Virus record (IMG/VR): IMGVR_UViG_3300032093_000026
Length of the DNA stretch: 64,000 nt
Strand: one strand, 5' to 3'
Origin: an uncultured virus (IMG/VR IMGVR_UViG_3300032093_000026)
Taxonomy: Duplodnaviria > Heunggongvirae > Uroviricota > Caudoviricetes
Shown: in pieces, positions 8,930-18,194 of the stretch
Position numbering within the stretch: the stretch's first letter is position 1
How the letters are laid out: each line of letters begins with the position of its first letter
Program-made: the position numbers and the translations under genes
The notes under the pieces: model-generated
Database searches by the model: none
The model's input: the letters and a program-made list of their open reading frames with translations, nothing else
Told to the model about the DNA's origin: nothing

Positions 8930-9007
8930 TTAAGGTCTAGGTCTAGTAGGACGTGGTCTAGTAGGTTTACCACACCCACATCCATAATTTACGATATTTT
9001 TTACCAT
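8930..9007 (-). CDS. 25-aa micro-ORF MVKNIVNYGCGCGKPTRPRPTRPRP
   Basis: Translated by hand; fills the gap between co-oriented genes and has an A-rich leader. Too short for the ORF track. Confidence 0.55.
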   Translation of the reverse strand: MVKNIVNYGCGCGKPTRPRPTRPRP

Positions 9008-9018
9008 TTTCAAAATTT

Positions 9019-9975
9019 TTAATATCCAACAATATTTCTTATAAATAAACTATCATTTTGTATGTAATTACAACCACCCGATGTAGGTCCTATCCACCAA
9101 TATCCTGGTCTAGAATATGAATTACCCATTATAGGTGCTCTACCTGTTGTTGATGTTCCAAAACCTGCAAAATACTCTGCAAGAAAATTACAATTTGTAT
9201 CAAAATGGGATTGATGATATAATCCAAAAGTATGCCCTGCCTCATGTGAAGTGGCTTCCCAAATAGATTTTTGTCTATAACCTAATGCTTTACTAAATAC
9301 AAATGCTGGTACGTCTAATCCCCAAGTAATTGATTCTATAAAAGCAACACCTCCTGCACAAGCTGTAGGTCCACAATACCATTCATAATTTTCTGTAATT
9401 ATTACTTTTTGTCTACGAACAACAGAAGCGTTCTTATAAACATTAGAGTCTGTGGTAACATTAATGTTTTTAAACTGAACAAAATCAGCTGTTACAGAAT
9501 CTACAATATTTTTAATCTCTGTTGGACTTAGACCTGATGGTGTAGCATAAAATGGTAGTCCAGCGTTTTGAGGTATCCAATAACGACTATTTACATATTC
9601 ACCATCGAAGTTTAAAAATACCACCCAAGATCCTGTACCTACAATAGGAGGAAATGGTGTAGCATCACAAGCATCACCAGTACCATCTTTATCACTGTCT
9701 AACTGATCTGGATTAAATGTGACAGAGCAATTATCTTGTGAATCAAGAAAACCATCTTTATCTGTATCTCTAGTTTTTCCTCTTCTTGTCGCAATTATTT
9801 GCTCTTTTTGAGACATTCTTGCAACAACATTATACTTTCCTTGTAAGAAATCACAAGTAATTTTTTGGTCTTCTTTTAAAGAAACAATATCATTTTGTTT
9901 ATTACAAGAAACAATTATGATACTAGTTATTAACAATAACAATATTACAGCAATAATAACTATGTGTGATTTCAT
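9019..9975 (-). CDS. Lipoprotein with TSP3 Ca-binding repeats and metzincin Zn-metalloprotease domain
   Basis: Signal peptide ending IVSC; DTDKDG..DNC....NPDQLDSDKDGTGDACD; HEAGHTFGLYH; Met-turn APIMG. Confidence 0.85.
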   Translation of the reverse strand: MKSHIVIIAVILLLLITSIIIVSCNKQNDIVSLKEDQKITCDFLQGKYNVVARMSQKEQIIATRRGKTRDTDKDGFLDSQDNCSVTFNPDQLDSDKDGTGDACDATPFPPIVGTGSWVVFLNFDGEYVNSRYWIPQNAGLPFYATPSGLSPTEIKNIVDSVTADFVQFKNINVTTDSNVYKNASVVRRQKVIITENYEWYCGPTACAGGVAFIESITWGLDVPAFVFSKALGYRQKSIWEATSHEAGHTFGLYHQSHFDTNCNFLAEYFAGFGTSTTGRAPIMGNSYSRPGYWWIGPTSGGCNYIQNDSLFIRNIVGY

Positions 9976-9978
9976 ATA

Positions 9979-10614
9979 TCAAAACTGTTTAAAATATTTA
10001 AAAATAAATCTGTCATATTTATTACTTTCAATAACAACTTCAATTAAGTTTATTCCAGTTTCAAGATGGGGGTTAACATTACTTTGATAAGTTTTTTCCA
10101 CTATAACCCTATTTTCGTACAGTTTCTTTCCACTAAGACTAAATACTCTTAAAGTTTGTGTATAATTAGTATTTGTAAAAGAACTTTTAAATACTCCATT
10201 CTTAATAGATATCTCTAATTTATTTGGTCCTCTATTAATAAGTACATAATTACTCTCAATTAAAGGAAGTGTTACAAGAGAAGTATTTAATTCTAACCAT
10301 CCCATATCTGGTCTAGTTATACAAGCTGTTTCAGCTTTAACTCTAAACAATATATTTATATTAGTTGGTCGTGTAACATATACTGTTTCACACTCTAATG
10401 CTCTAACCATTATATCTATGGCAGAATCTTGATCAGCTTTTGTCCTGATTCTTGCTTCACAATCTTGTTTGTTACACACTATAAAAGTGTGCTGTTCATT
10501 AGAATATCCTAAATAGTTTATTCTAATTACATTATTTTCAAAGAACTGCCCTCCGTTTTGACTTTTACCAAAACAAAAAAGAAAACTAAATAGTATTAAA
10601 AATAACCATTTCAC
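9979..10614 (-). CDS. Secreted protein with T9SS C-terminal-domain-like tail
   Basis: Signal peptide followed by Q; TLPL linker; LRVFSLSGKKLY...LETGINLIEV...FKYFKQ. Confidence 0.55.
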   Translation of the reverse strand: MKWLFLILFSFLFCFGKSQNGGQFFENNVIRINYLGYSNEQHTFIVCNKQDCEARIRTKADQDSAIDIMVRALECETVYVTRPTNINILFRVKAETACITRPDMGWLELNTSLVTLPLIESNYVLINRGPNKLEISIKNGVFKSSFTNTNYTQTLRVFSLSGKKLYENRVIVEKTYQSNVNPHLETGINLIEVVIESNKYDRFIFKYFKQF

Positions 10615-10616
10615 AA

Positions 10617-11033
10617 TTAGATTTTAGAAAGTTGGAAATGCATCCCATCTTTTCTTTTCCATGTACCACCCCAGTCAAAACCAGCATCTGTAAAACATTT
10701 AACAAATCCTGCAGATAGTTTAGGAGTTTGGTTAAGTCCATTCTCAAAAGCATTCACATCTATTGCTATACCCCAAGAATGAAGAGACATTGAGGCAAGC
10801 CCTCTCTTTTTACGAATGTTAAAACAACCATCCCAGGTTTTAAGCTCAGACACATGTCCTCTAGAAATAAGATTTCTAAAAGCTTGTGTAAGAGGAGCTA
10901 CAATATCTCTATTACAATAGAGACGTTTAGGAATTACACCTATCTCTAAATCAGCAGGTACATCCCACATAGCCATAGCTCTTTGTAAATTGGGATCACC
11001 ATACTTCTGTAATGCTCTAGCAGATGTTACCAT
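10617..11033 (-). CDS. Endolysin, peptidase M15 family
   Basis: Motifs FNIRKKRG, SLHSWGIAIDVN and DGMHFQ. Confidence 0.9.
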   Translation of the reverse strand: MVTSARALQKYGDPNLQRAMAMWDVPADLEIGVIPKRLYCNRDIVAPLTQAFRNLISRGHVSELKTWDGCFNIRKKRGLASMSLHSWGIAIDVNAFENGLNQTPKLSAGFVKCFTDAGFDWGGTWKRKDGMHFQLSKI

Positions 11034-11653
11034 TATTTAAGTTTTATTTTCCAATAAATCTGTGCACCATATTGTATTTGACCATTGCGATCAATACCAA
11101 TAGTGGCACCATATATTTGATCTTTCTTTGTTTTAAATAATCCACCAACACTTATTTGACTAGGCATAACAGCAACATTACCTTGTAAAAGACCACCAAC
11201 ATATAGTTGATTACGCTTCTTTTCAGGAAGTATAATTGTTTCTTTAATAATAGGATACTTTAGATTATAGTAAGTGGATCTACCTATTAATAGGTTTCTA
11301 CTGACTGTATCTGTAATATGAACATATCCTATAGAATCTATTTTAACTGAGTCAGCATGAATATTAGAAGCTAAAAACTTTTCAGCTAGCTCAGTGTATT
11401 GTTTTACCAATTTACTATAATTAGTGTCTGGAAGATATTCTGTAGACCATTGCTCTATAGGTACCGTAATAGTCTTTACCACTTGTGGTTTGGAATATAC
11501 AGTGCTGTCTTTGATAATCCATGTGGTATCCCTAATTATAGTGGGACCTGTAACTTCTACAGATTGTTTTTTACAAGTTTGTAAGAGTATTACAGCAAGT
11601 AATACAACAACAACAATATTTACAAAATTCTTTTTAATAAATTCAGTATTCAT
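11033..11653 (-). CDS. Membrane-anchored spanin-like protein
   Basis: N-terminal TM segment with LQTC, C-terminal amphipathic beta strands, adjacent to the endolysin; ATG at 11653 preferred. Confidence 0.5.
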   Translation of the reverse strand: MNTEFIKKNFVNIVVVVLLAVILLQTCKKQSVEVTGPTIIRDTTWIIKDSTVYSKPQVVKTITVPIEQWSTEYLPDTNYSKLVKQYTELAEKFLASNIHADSVKIDSIGYVHITDTVSRNLLIGRSTYYNLKYPIIKETIILPEKKRNQLYVGGLLQGNVAVMPSQISVGGLFKTKKDQIYGATIGIDRNGQIQYGAQIYWKIKLK

Positions 11654-11654
11654 A

Positions 11655-11918
11655 TTAATCAGATTGAACTTCACCTTCCTGTATATGCACAGGTTCTTCA
11701 GAAAAAAAGTTTGACAGCACCTTGCCTACCACACCTATTACTATTGAAGCAATAGCTAGTCCTTTATGATCTGTAATCATAGAAGACATAGATGTAATAG
11801 AAAAGACACCTAATAGAGCATCGCCAATCTTCCTAGCTTTTTTAGGAGTGGGAGCCCAGTAAGACTTTACTGTAAACTTAGTTGTAGTAGTTGTCTTTTT
11901 AGTCTTTTTAGTTGTCAT
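11655..11918 (-). CDS. Holin-like small membrane protein
   Basis: Basic N-terminus and two hydrophobic segments, within the lysis cluster. Confidence 0.55.
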   Translation of the reverse strand: MTTKKTKKTTTTTKFTVKSYWAPTPKKARKIGDALLGVFSITSMSSMITDHKGLAIASIVIGVVGKVLSNFFSEEPVHIQEGEVQSD

Positions 11919-11935
11919 ATTACTACAATTTTATA

Positions 11936-12544
11936 TTACCCAACTTGATTTACTGTAATAATTACTGAAGGTATTGCTGGATGAATTGGATCAGCATTCT
12001 CTCTTTCAAGAATAATATTTGCATTATCAGTAGTCCAATATATTTGAAAATAATCTCCAGCATTTGCATTAACAAAATAATTCCAAGCAGCTACAACGTA
12101 AGGACTGTTTGTATTTACTGTAATTCTAGTATTACTATCAGGAATTGCTATTAAATTTTTAGCAAACCATATATTTACAACAGTTCCTGAACCACCACCA
12201 CCTGTATTGTGGAATTGAGCTGAAAATTGAATATTATACTTTCCTGCATTAAGAAAAGTAATTTCTGAACCATTAACAATAGATACACCACTAGCAAAGT
12301 CTACAACATTTACAGTCATTGGTAATGTACCATTTGCTATATTTATTTGATCTACAGTGCTATACCAAGATCCATATGCACCAAATCCACCAGGTGCACC
12401 ATCTTGACCATCTGCTCCATCTTGACCAGGAGGACCTGGAGGACCAGGAATACCATTTAAATCTTCAATCAATTTAAGTCTACAACAAATATTTTTTATT
12501 TGTTTTTTAATAAGCTGCAATGTTTCATACCATCCTAGTGCCAT
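11936..12544 (-). CDS. Collagen-repeat plus beta-sandwich (C1q/BclA-like) structural protein
   Basis: GIPGPPGPPGQDGADGQDGAPG followed by a beta-rich domain (GKYNIQFSAQF, GDYFQIYW). Confidence 0.7.
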   Translation of the reverse strand: MALGWYETLQLIKKQIKNICCRLKLIEDLNGIPGPPGPPGQDGADGQDGAPGGFGAYGSWYSTVDQINIANGTLPMTVNVVDFASGVSIVNGSEITFLNAGKYNIQFSAQFHNTGGGGSGTVVNIWFAKNLIAIPDSNTRITVNTNSPYVVAAWNYFVNANAGDYFQIYWTTDNANIILERENADPIHPAIPSVIITVNQVG

Positions 12545-12545
12545 T

Positions 12546-12860
12546 TTAATTGTTTTTAGTTAAGTATTTTGTTTCATCAAAAAACTCCTCATGTTTAAAA
12601 AATTTATCGTGATAAATCTCAGGTGTATACGTTGTATGTGTAGATTTTACTCCAAAAACTGACTGCTGTAAAAACCTAACTTCTTTTTCAAGCTGTTCAA
12701 TTTTTGTTTTATCTATACTAGATTGAGCTAAAAGAGCTTTAACATCTGATCTTAGTTCAGTAACATCACGCCAAATCATCATAGCTAAAATTGTAACAAG
12801 TGATGGAAATAGGTATAATTTAATACCACTTACCACGGAGTTTTTTGAGGTACTTGTCAT
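12546..12860 (-). CDS. Single-TM coiled-coil protein (holin/spanin-like)
   Basis: LYLFPSLVTILAMMIW followed by a heptad segment; ATG at 12860. Confidence 0.5.
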   Translation of the reverse strand: MTSTSKNSVVSGIKLYLFPSLVTILAMMIWRDVTELRSDVKALLAQSSIDKTKIEQLEKEVRFLQQSVFGVKSTHTTYTPEIYHDKFFKHEEFFDETKYLTKNN

Positions 12861-12899
12861 TTTCAAAAAAATTATACAAATAAAAATAGATACAGATAT

Positions 12900-12970
12900 A
12901 AAAAAATATATAAATTTGAGGTTTTCCCTCTAATATAATATAGCATTTTTCATTTAAAAAACCTAAAAAT
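12900..12970. promoter_or_regulatory. Divergent promoter region between lysis and replication blocks
   Basis: + strand TAAATTTG at 12911-12918; AT-rich CTCTAATATAATATAG at 12928-12943. Confidence 0.5.
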
Positions 12971-13432
12971 ATGACCCCAAATGAGTACAAAAGAAGGTTA
13001 GAAAATGAACTAATTAATGATTTTGTAAGAAAATTTACAGAAAAAGTAGGATATTCTCCTATAGTTATCACAGATAAAGGGTCTAGTGAGACAGATTATA
13101 ATCTTTTAACTCTATCTGAACTCGAAGAATGTTTTCAGCCATTTTTACCAGTAATTAGAGAAAGAGTTCAAAAACTAAAGCCAAAGTGTAGATATCGTGA
13201 AATTATGGAATTAAGACATATTTTTTGTTTTGTAGCAAAACTTATGAAACATACCTATACAGATATAGGTAGATATCTTAATAGAGATCATACAACTGTA
13301 ATAAACTCTATAAAGACTTTTCGTAATTTATATCAAACTGAAGAAGGTTTTAAAATGAAGTATTTAAGAATTATTAATCATATAAAAAAGAAATATGAGT
13401 CATCAGCTTTGGAAAACCTTGATAAAATATAG
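12971..13432 (+). CDS. Protein with DnaA C-terminal (domain IV)-like HTH
   Basis: RHIFCFVAK...YTDIGRYLNRDHTTVINSIK. Confidence 0.75.
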   Translation: MTPNEYKRRLENELINDFVRKFTEKVGYSPIVITDKGSSETDYNLLTLSELEECFQPFLPVIRERVQKLKPKCRYREIMELRHIFCFVAKLMKHTYTDIGRYLNRDHTTVINSIKTFRNLYQTEEGFKMKYLRIINHIKKKYESSALENLDKI

Positions 13433-13967
13433 AGTGAGTCCTAATCAGATTTACTTTTTAGATTGTTGTAGAGAAAAAATACAACCAAGCAACGATTTAA
13501 TAAACCAAACAGCTGAAAAGCATGTTGCTGAAGTAAAAGGTCTTATTACTGAAAAAGGTGTTTTAACACATAAAGCACTAAATATTTTAGATGAATTTGA
13601 AACATTATTAGTTAAAACTAAAAAAGTTGTAGCTACAGATGTATTGGGTGATGATTTTCAAAAAAATATTGATGAGTATAAACAATATTTTCCAAAGAAA
13701 TTATCTACTGGTCCTGGTAGGCAATCAGCTCGTGAATTAAAACAAAAGTTTGTATGGTTCTTTAAAAACTATCCAGAGTATAACTGGGAAATTGTGTTAG
13801 AAGCGGCAAATTATTATAGTTATGAATGTAGTCAAAAAAATAATCAATATATGACAAACAGTTCTAACTTTATTAAGAAAGATACAATGAGTAAAGAATC
13901 AATATCTAAACTTGCCGATTATTGTGAAATTGTAAAAGAAGAAATGGATGCAAATAAAGAGTTATGA
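13395..13967 (+). CDS. Hypothetical replication-associated protein
   Basis: 190-aa ORF between the DnaA-C gene and DnaB. Confidence 0.65.
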   Translation: MSHQLWKTLIKYRVSPNQIYFLDCCREKIQPSNDLINQTAEKHVAEVKGLITEKGVLTHKALNILDEFETLLVKTKKVVATDVLGDDFQKNIDEYKQYFPKKLSTGPGRQSARELKQKFVWFFKNYPEYNWEIVLEAANYYSYECSQKNNQYMTNSSNFIKKDTMSKESISKLADYCEIVKEEMDANKEL

Positions 13968-14142
13968 AAAGATAATACATAAGGTTTTATTATCTGCCTT
14001 ATTTAGTATTTTATGTTGGATAATTGTGACAAACTTCATTATTGAAATTAGTTTTTTTAGATATTTTTTAATCGAATTAATTTTGATATTGTCGATTAGA
14101 TTGCTTAAATTTACACTTATAAAATTAAAGATAGATGAGTGA
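13948..14142 (+). CDS. Small two-TM membrane protein
   Basis: Two hydrophobic stretches; overlaps both neighbours. Confidence 0.45.
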   Translation: MQIKSYEKIIHKVLLSALFSILCWIIVTNFIIEISFFRYFLIELILILSIRLLKFTLIKLKIDE

Positions 14143-15181
14143 GAAAAAGAATGAAGAAAGGCCTTTTGGTTTTAAACTTCATCATGAAGTGATTGAAAAA
14201 AGTATTAAAAATATAGATGATCGTAGAAAAGGTAGAATTAAATCATTTGTTACTCCTTGGCAAAATATAAATGATGCAACAGCAGGTGGTATTGAGTGGG
14301 GATCTGTAGTTACAATAGGTGCTAGACCAGGCGCAGGTAAAACTATGTTTGTTAGTAATCTTCTAAGAGAATGTAAAAATCTTAATCCAACACAAGATTT
14401 TAATATTTTAGAATTTCAACTTGAAATGACTAATGAACAATATGGTCAGCGTGAAATTGTTGCCGCTACTGGTTTAGATTACAATGAATTGCTTTCAACT
14501 AAACAGCAATTAGATGATTTTAAATTTAGACAAGCAGAAAAATACTTGGAAGATTGTAAAGCATTACATGCAAAAAAAGTATATCGCGGTCAGATTAACA
14601 AATCTATCACTGCTACTGAATTAGAAAAAGCTGTACATTATTATTATAACAAGTTAGGAGGTAAACCATTAATTGTAACCATTGATCACAGCTGGCTAAT
14701 TAAGAAAGATGCTAACGAAAAAGAAAAACTTAACACTTTATATAACACAGCTGATGTTCTTATACGATTAAAACAGGAGCTTCCTATAATTATTATTATG
14801 CTTACACAGCTCAATAGAAATATAGAAGATCCACTTAGAAAAACTCCAGGTAGCATACAAAACTATCCTACAAGTTCAGATATATTTGGTGGTGATGCTA
14901 TGATGCAAGCATCAGATGTTGTAATAGCATTATCAAGACCATATACATTTGATATTACAGCATATGGTCCTAAAAGCTATACTGTTACTGAAGATGGGAT
15001 ATTTGCACATTTATTAAAAGTAAGAAATGGTACAAATAACATTAAACTTATTTTTATGAAAGGTATATTTTCACAACAAAGAATAGTTGAAACTATATCA
15101 CCTGGTGTTAATATTCAACCTGGATATGTTCCAAGAAATGGTAGAAGAACTCCTTCTGCTGATATTGGAAGAGAATTATAA
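14135..15181 (+). CDS. dnaB: DnaB-like (SF4) replicative helicase
   Basis: GARPGAGKT, FQLEM, IDH, TQLNR and DIFGGDAMMQASD. Confidence 0.9.
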   Translation: MSEKKNEERPFGFKLHHEVIEKSIKNIDDRRKGRIKSFVTPWQNINDATAGGIEWGSVVTIGARPGAGKTMFVSNLLRECKNLNPTQDFNILEFQLEMTNEQYGQREIVAATGLDYNELLSTKQQLDDFKFRQAEKYLEDCKALHAKKVYRGQINKSITATELEKAVHYYYNKLGGKPLIVTIDHSWLIKKDANEKEKLNTLYNTADVLIRLKQELPIIIIMLTQLNRNIEDPLRKTPGSIQNYPTSSDIFGGDAMMQASDVVIALSRPYTFDITAYGPKSYTVTEDGIFAHLLKVRNGTNNIKLIFMKGIFSQQRIVETISPGVNIQPGYVPRNGRRTPSADIGREL

Positions 15182-15199
15182 ATTTTAAAATTAAAAATT

Positions 15200-15799
15200 A
15201 TGTCAGTATTAGAAAGTATGACAGACGCTGAAAAAGCAAAATATAGACAGCTTAAAAGAACAGAAATGTTAAATCATAATAGAGATTTTATAAAAGATAT
15301 TAAAATTGAAGATGGTGATTTTAACATGAAGTATCCATTTACAAAAAATGGTCAAATTGTTGTAAGTTGTTTTGTAAATGAATTTTTAAAACCTAAAGGT
15401 TATTATTTTGAATTAATTGATAATAACTTGAATCCTTCTGATCCAGAAAGAACTATTTATAGATTACCTCATACTGTTGACTTTAAAAATAAGTATGAGT
15501 ATGATACAGGAAGTAAAGATTATAATCCAAAGTATTTAGTTCCTCTTTCACAACTTCCTAAAGTGAATAGACAATCTGCAACAATATTAAAAGAAAATTA
15601 TATAAAGCAGTTTGATCACATGGATGAGTCAATATTAGATAGTTTTATTGCTTTTGAAGATGAAATTAATCAAGCAAAAAGTATCTTTGATGATGTAGAT
15701 GCTCCATGTAGTGATATGACCATAAGAGACTATATTGCTATTCATACAGGAAAACCTGTAAGCAAGAAAGAGTGGATTAATGATCTTGTAAAAAACTAA
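15200..15799 (+). CDS. Hypothetical protein
   Basis: 199-aa ORF ending with MTIRDYIAIH. Confidence 0.7.
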   Translation: MSVLESMTDAEKAKYRQLKRTEMLNHNRDFIKDIKIEDGDFNMKYPFTKNGQIVVSCFVNEFLKPKGYYFELIDNNLNPSDPERTIYRLPHTVDFKNKYEYDTGSKDYNPKYLVPLSQLPKVNRQSATILKENYIKQFDHMDESILDSFIAFEDEINQAKSIFDDVDAPCSDMTIRDYIAIHTGKPVSKKEWINDLVKN

Positions 15800-15806
15800 A
15801 ATACAT

Positions 15807-16490
15807 ATGGGACAAGGCGTACTAATTATCGCAGAATCAGGATCTGGTAAATCAACTAGTATTGAAACACTAGATCCAAAAGAAACATTTATTATTAATG
15901 TTGCAAACAAACCACTTCCATTTAAAGGTTGGAAGAAAAAGTACACACTATGGAGTAAAGATCACCCTTTAGGTAATATGTACGATCGTGCTGGTGTTCA
16001 AAACATTGAAGCGTGTATTAGATATGTAAGTGAAAAACGTCCTGAAATCAAAAACATTGTTGTTGATGATTTTCAGTATATGAGTTCATTTGAATTTTTT
16101 GATAGAGCAGATGAGAAAGGTTATGAAAAATTCACACAAATAGGTGCAGGTTTAGCAAGAATTGCTAGAATGCCAAAAGATATGCGTGATGATCTCACTG
16201 TATTTTTCTTAACACATGCTGAAGAAGGTTTGGATGTAGAAGGTAAACGTAAGTTCAAAGCCAAAACAATTGGTAGAATGGTTGATGAAAAACTTACATT
16301 GGAAGGATTATTTTCCATAGTTTTGTTTGGTAAAGTAAAAAAGAATAAAGAAGGAGCTATTAGATACATATTTGAAACCACTAATAATGGTGAGAATACT
16401 TGTAAAAGCCCAAGAGGTATGTTTAACAGCTTTGAAATACCAAATGATTTAGCATTAGTGAAACAAGCAATTATTGATTACGAAAATTAA
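15807..16490 (+). CDS. Sak4/AAA_24-like ATPase
   Basis: AESGSGKSTS, VVDDFQY and CKSPRGMF. Confidence 0.8.
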   Translation: MGQGVLIIAESGSGKSTSIETLDPKETFIINVANKPLPFKGWKKKYTLWSKDHPLGNMYDRAGVQNIEACIRYVSEKRPEIKNIVVDDFQYMSSFEFFDRADEKGYEKFTQIGAGLARIARMPKDMRDDLTVFFLTHAEEGLDVEGKRKFKAKTIGRMVDEKLTLEGLFSIVLFGKVKKNKEGAIRYIFETTNNGENTCKSPRGMFNSFEIPNDLALVKQAIIDYEN

Positions 16491-16516
16491 ACTTTAACTA
16501 TTAAAATTCAACTATT

Positions 16517-17137
16517 ATGTTCAGTACAAAAGGACAAGAAGTCAAAGGTGGTGGAGCATCTAAATCTCTCCAACCAGGCGTGGTTTATGCGCATATTGTT
16601 AGCGGTCAAGTGAGAACATCTAGCAAAGGTGACAAAAAGCAACTTGAATTGGTTCTTGAAGGACCAGCTTTGCCAAACTTTGAAGGATGGGCTATTGATA
16701 AAAATGACTTAGAAGGACCTAAGTTTAAAGGTCAATCTTCTAGAGTGAGTGCTACTATTTGGACAGATCAATTTAACACAGATGATATCAATAAAAATGA
16801 AATTCTTAACAAACTTATTGTTATTGGTAAAGAATTAGGAATTAGATCAAGTCTTGATAACATTTCTACAGAGTTTGAAATTAACTCTATTGAAGATTGG
16901 GTAGATCATGCTATTGATTTATTGAAAGGTAATGATCTTTATTGGTTTCTTAAAGGTACAGAAGAAGAATACAATGGTAAAACAATTGTAAAATTGTCTT
17001 TACCTAAGTTTAAATTCTGTAATGCATTAGAAACTAAATTAGATGTATTTGATAAAAATAATAAATATCATTATAAAGCATTGGAAAACAAGTCTGTTGA
17101 CAAGTTTGAACCAGCTAATGATGATTTTAACTTTTAG
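16517..17137 (+). CDS. Putative single-stranded DNA-binding protein
   Basis: Follows the Sak4-like gene; beta-rich with an acidic-aromatic tail (NDDFNF). Confidence 0.55.
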   Translation: MFSTKGQEVKGGGASKSLQPGVVYAHIVSGQVRTSSKGDKKQLELVLEGPALPNFEGWAIDKNDLEGPKFKGQSSRVSATIWTDQFNTDDINKNEILNKLIVIGKELGIRSSLDNISTEFEINSIEDWVDHAIDLLKGNDLYWFLKGTEEEYNGKTIVKLSLPKFKFCNALETKLDVFDKNNKYHYKALENKSVDKFEPANDDFNF

Positions 17138-17162
17138 TTCGATTTAAGATTAAGAATGACAA

Positions 17163-17195
17163 AGGGGGGTGTTTCTACACTCCCCTAATTTTTTT
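17163..17195 (+). terminator. Terminator hairpin
   Basis: AGGGGGGTGT-TTCT-ACACTCCCCT then AATTTTTTT. Confidence 0.7.
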
Positions 17196-17207
17196 AACTT
17201 TACCATT

Positions 17208-18194
17208 ATGTTTAGAACTAAAAACTTAGTACACGATATAAAAGATGTACCTGTTACATGGATATTTGAACATTATTGCAAACTAAACTATAAGTTAGAA
17301 GGACAAACTATAAAAATCAAATCTGTATTTAATGATGAACGCACACCTAGTATGTGTATTTATACCGATGAGCATAATACTTATAGGTATAAAGATTTTT
17401 CATCTGGTAAATCTGGATCTAGTATAGATTTAATAAAGGAGATGTTTGGTTTAAAATATCATCAAGCATGTATTAAGACTATTGAGGAATACAATGATTA
17501 TGTATTAAAAAATGGAAAAGAATATGAGTCTAAAGAAATAAAAAAATATGCTCGATTTAAAGTTACAGGATATACAAAAAGATCCTGGACTACTAAAGAT
17601 CAGTATTATTGGACTCAATTTAACATTGGCTCTAAGTTATTAGAAGAGCATTATGTTTTTCCACTTGAAAGATATATAATGGAAAAAGATATAGATTGCA
17701 TTGAAATTAAAGGAAGCTATATCTATGGATATTTTAAGAAAGATGGCACTTTATATAAAGTGTATCAACCAAAAACTTTAGACAAAAAGTTTATTAAAGT
17801 CAAAAGTTATATACAGGGAACTGAACAATGTAAACCTGGTAATAAAAATCTTCTTATTACATCTAGTCTTAAAGATGTAATGTCTATTAAGTCCTTAAAA
17901 CTTACTGGTTTAAATGTCATAGCTGCAGACTCTGAAAACACTATGATTTGTAGTAGTGAAATAGAGTGTTGGGAAAATGAGTATGAAAATATTATTGTAA
18001 TGTTTGATAATGACAATGCAGGTATAGATGCAATGCAAAAATATAAAGAGAAATATCCTTTTATTAAAGTGGCTTTATTACCTTTGAGCAAAGACATATC
18101 AGACAGTATTAAAGACCATGGGGCAAAGAAAGTTAGAGAACATCTTGTGCCTATATTAAATAAGAAAATAAATGAAACGCAAGAAGACATATAG
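17208..18194 (+). CDS. DNA primase (TOPRIM, crAss-type)
   Basis: Degenerate Zn-ribbon region (DERTPSM..YKDFSSG) and TOPRIM DxD motif MFDNDNAG; ATG at 17208. Confidence 0.8.
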   Translation: MFRTKNLVHDIKDVPVTWIFEHYCKLNYKLEGQTIKIKSVFNDERTPSMCIYTDEHNTYRYKDFSSGKSGSSIDLIKEMFGLKYHQACIKTIEEYNDYVLKNGKEYESKEIKKYARFKVTGYTKRSWTTKDQYYWTQFNIGSKLLEEHYVFPLERYIMEKDIDCIEIKGSYIYGYFKKDGTLYKVYQPKTLDKKFIKVKSYIQGTEQCKPGNKNLLITSSLKDVMSIKSLKLTGLNVIAADSENTMICSSEIECWENEYENIIVMFDNDNAGIDAMQKYKEKYPFIKVALLPLSKDISDSIKDHGAKKVREHLVPILNKKINETQEDI

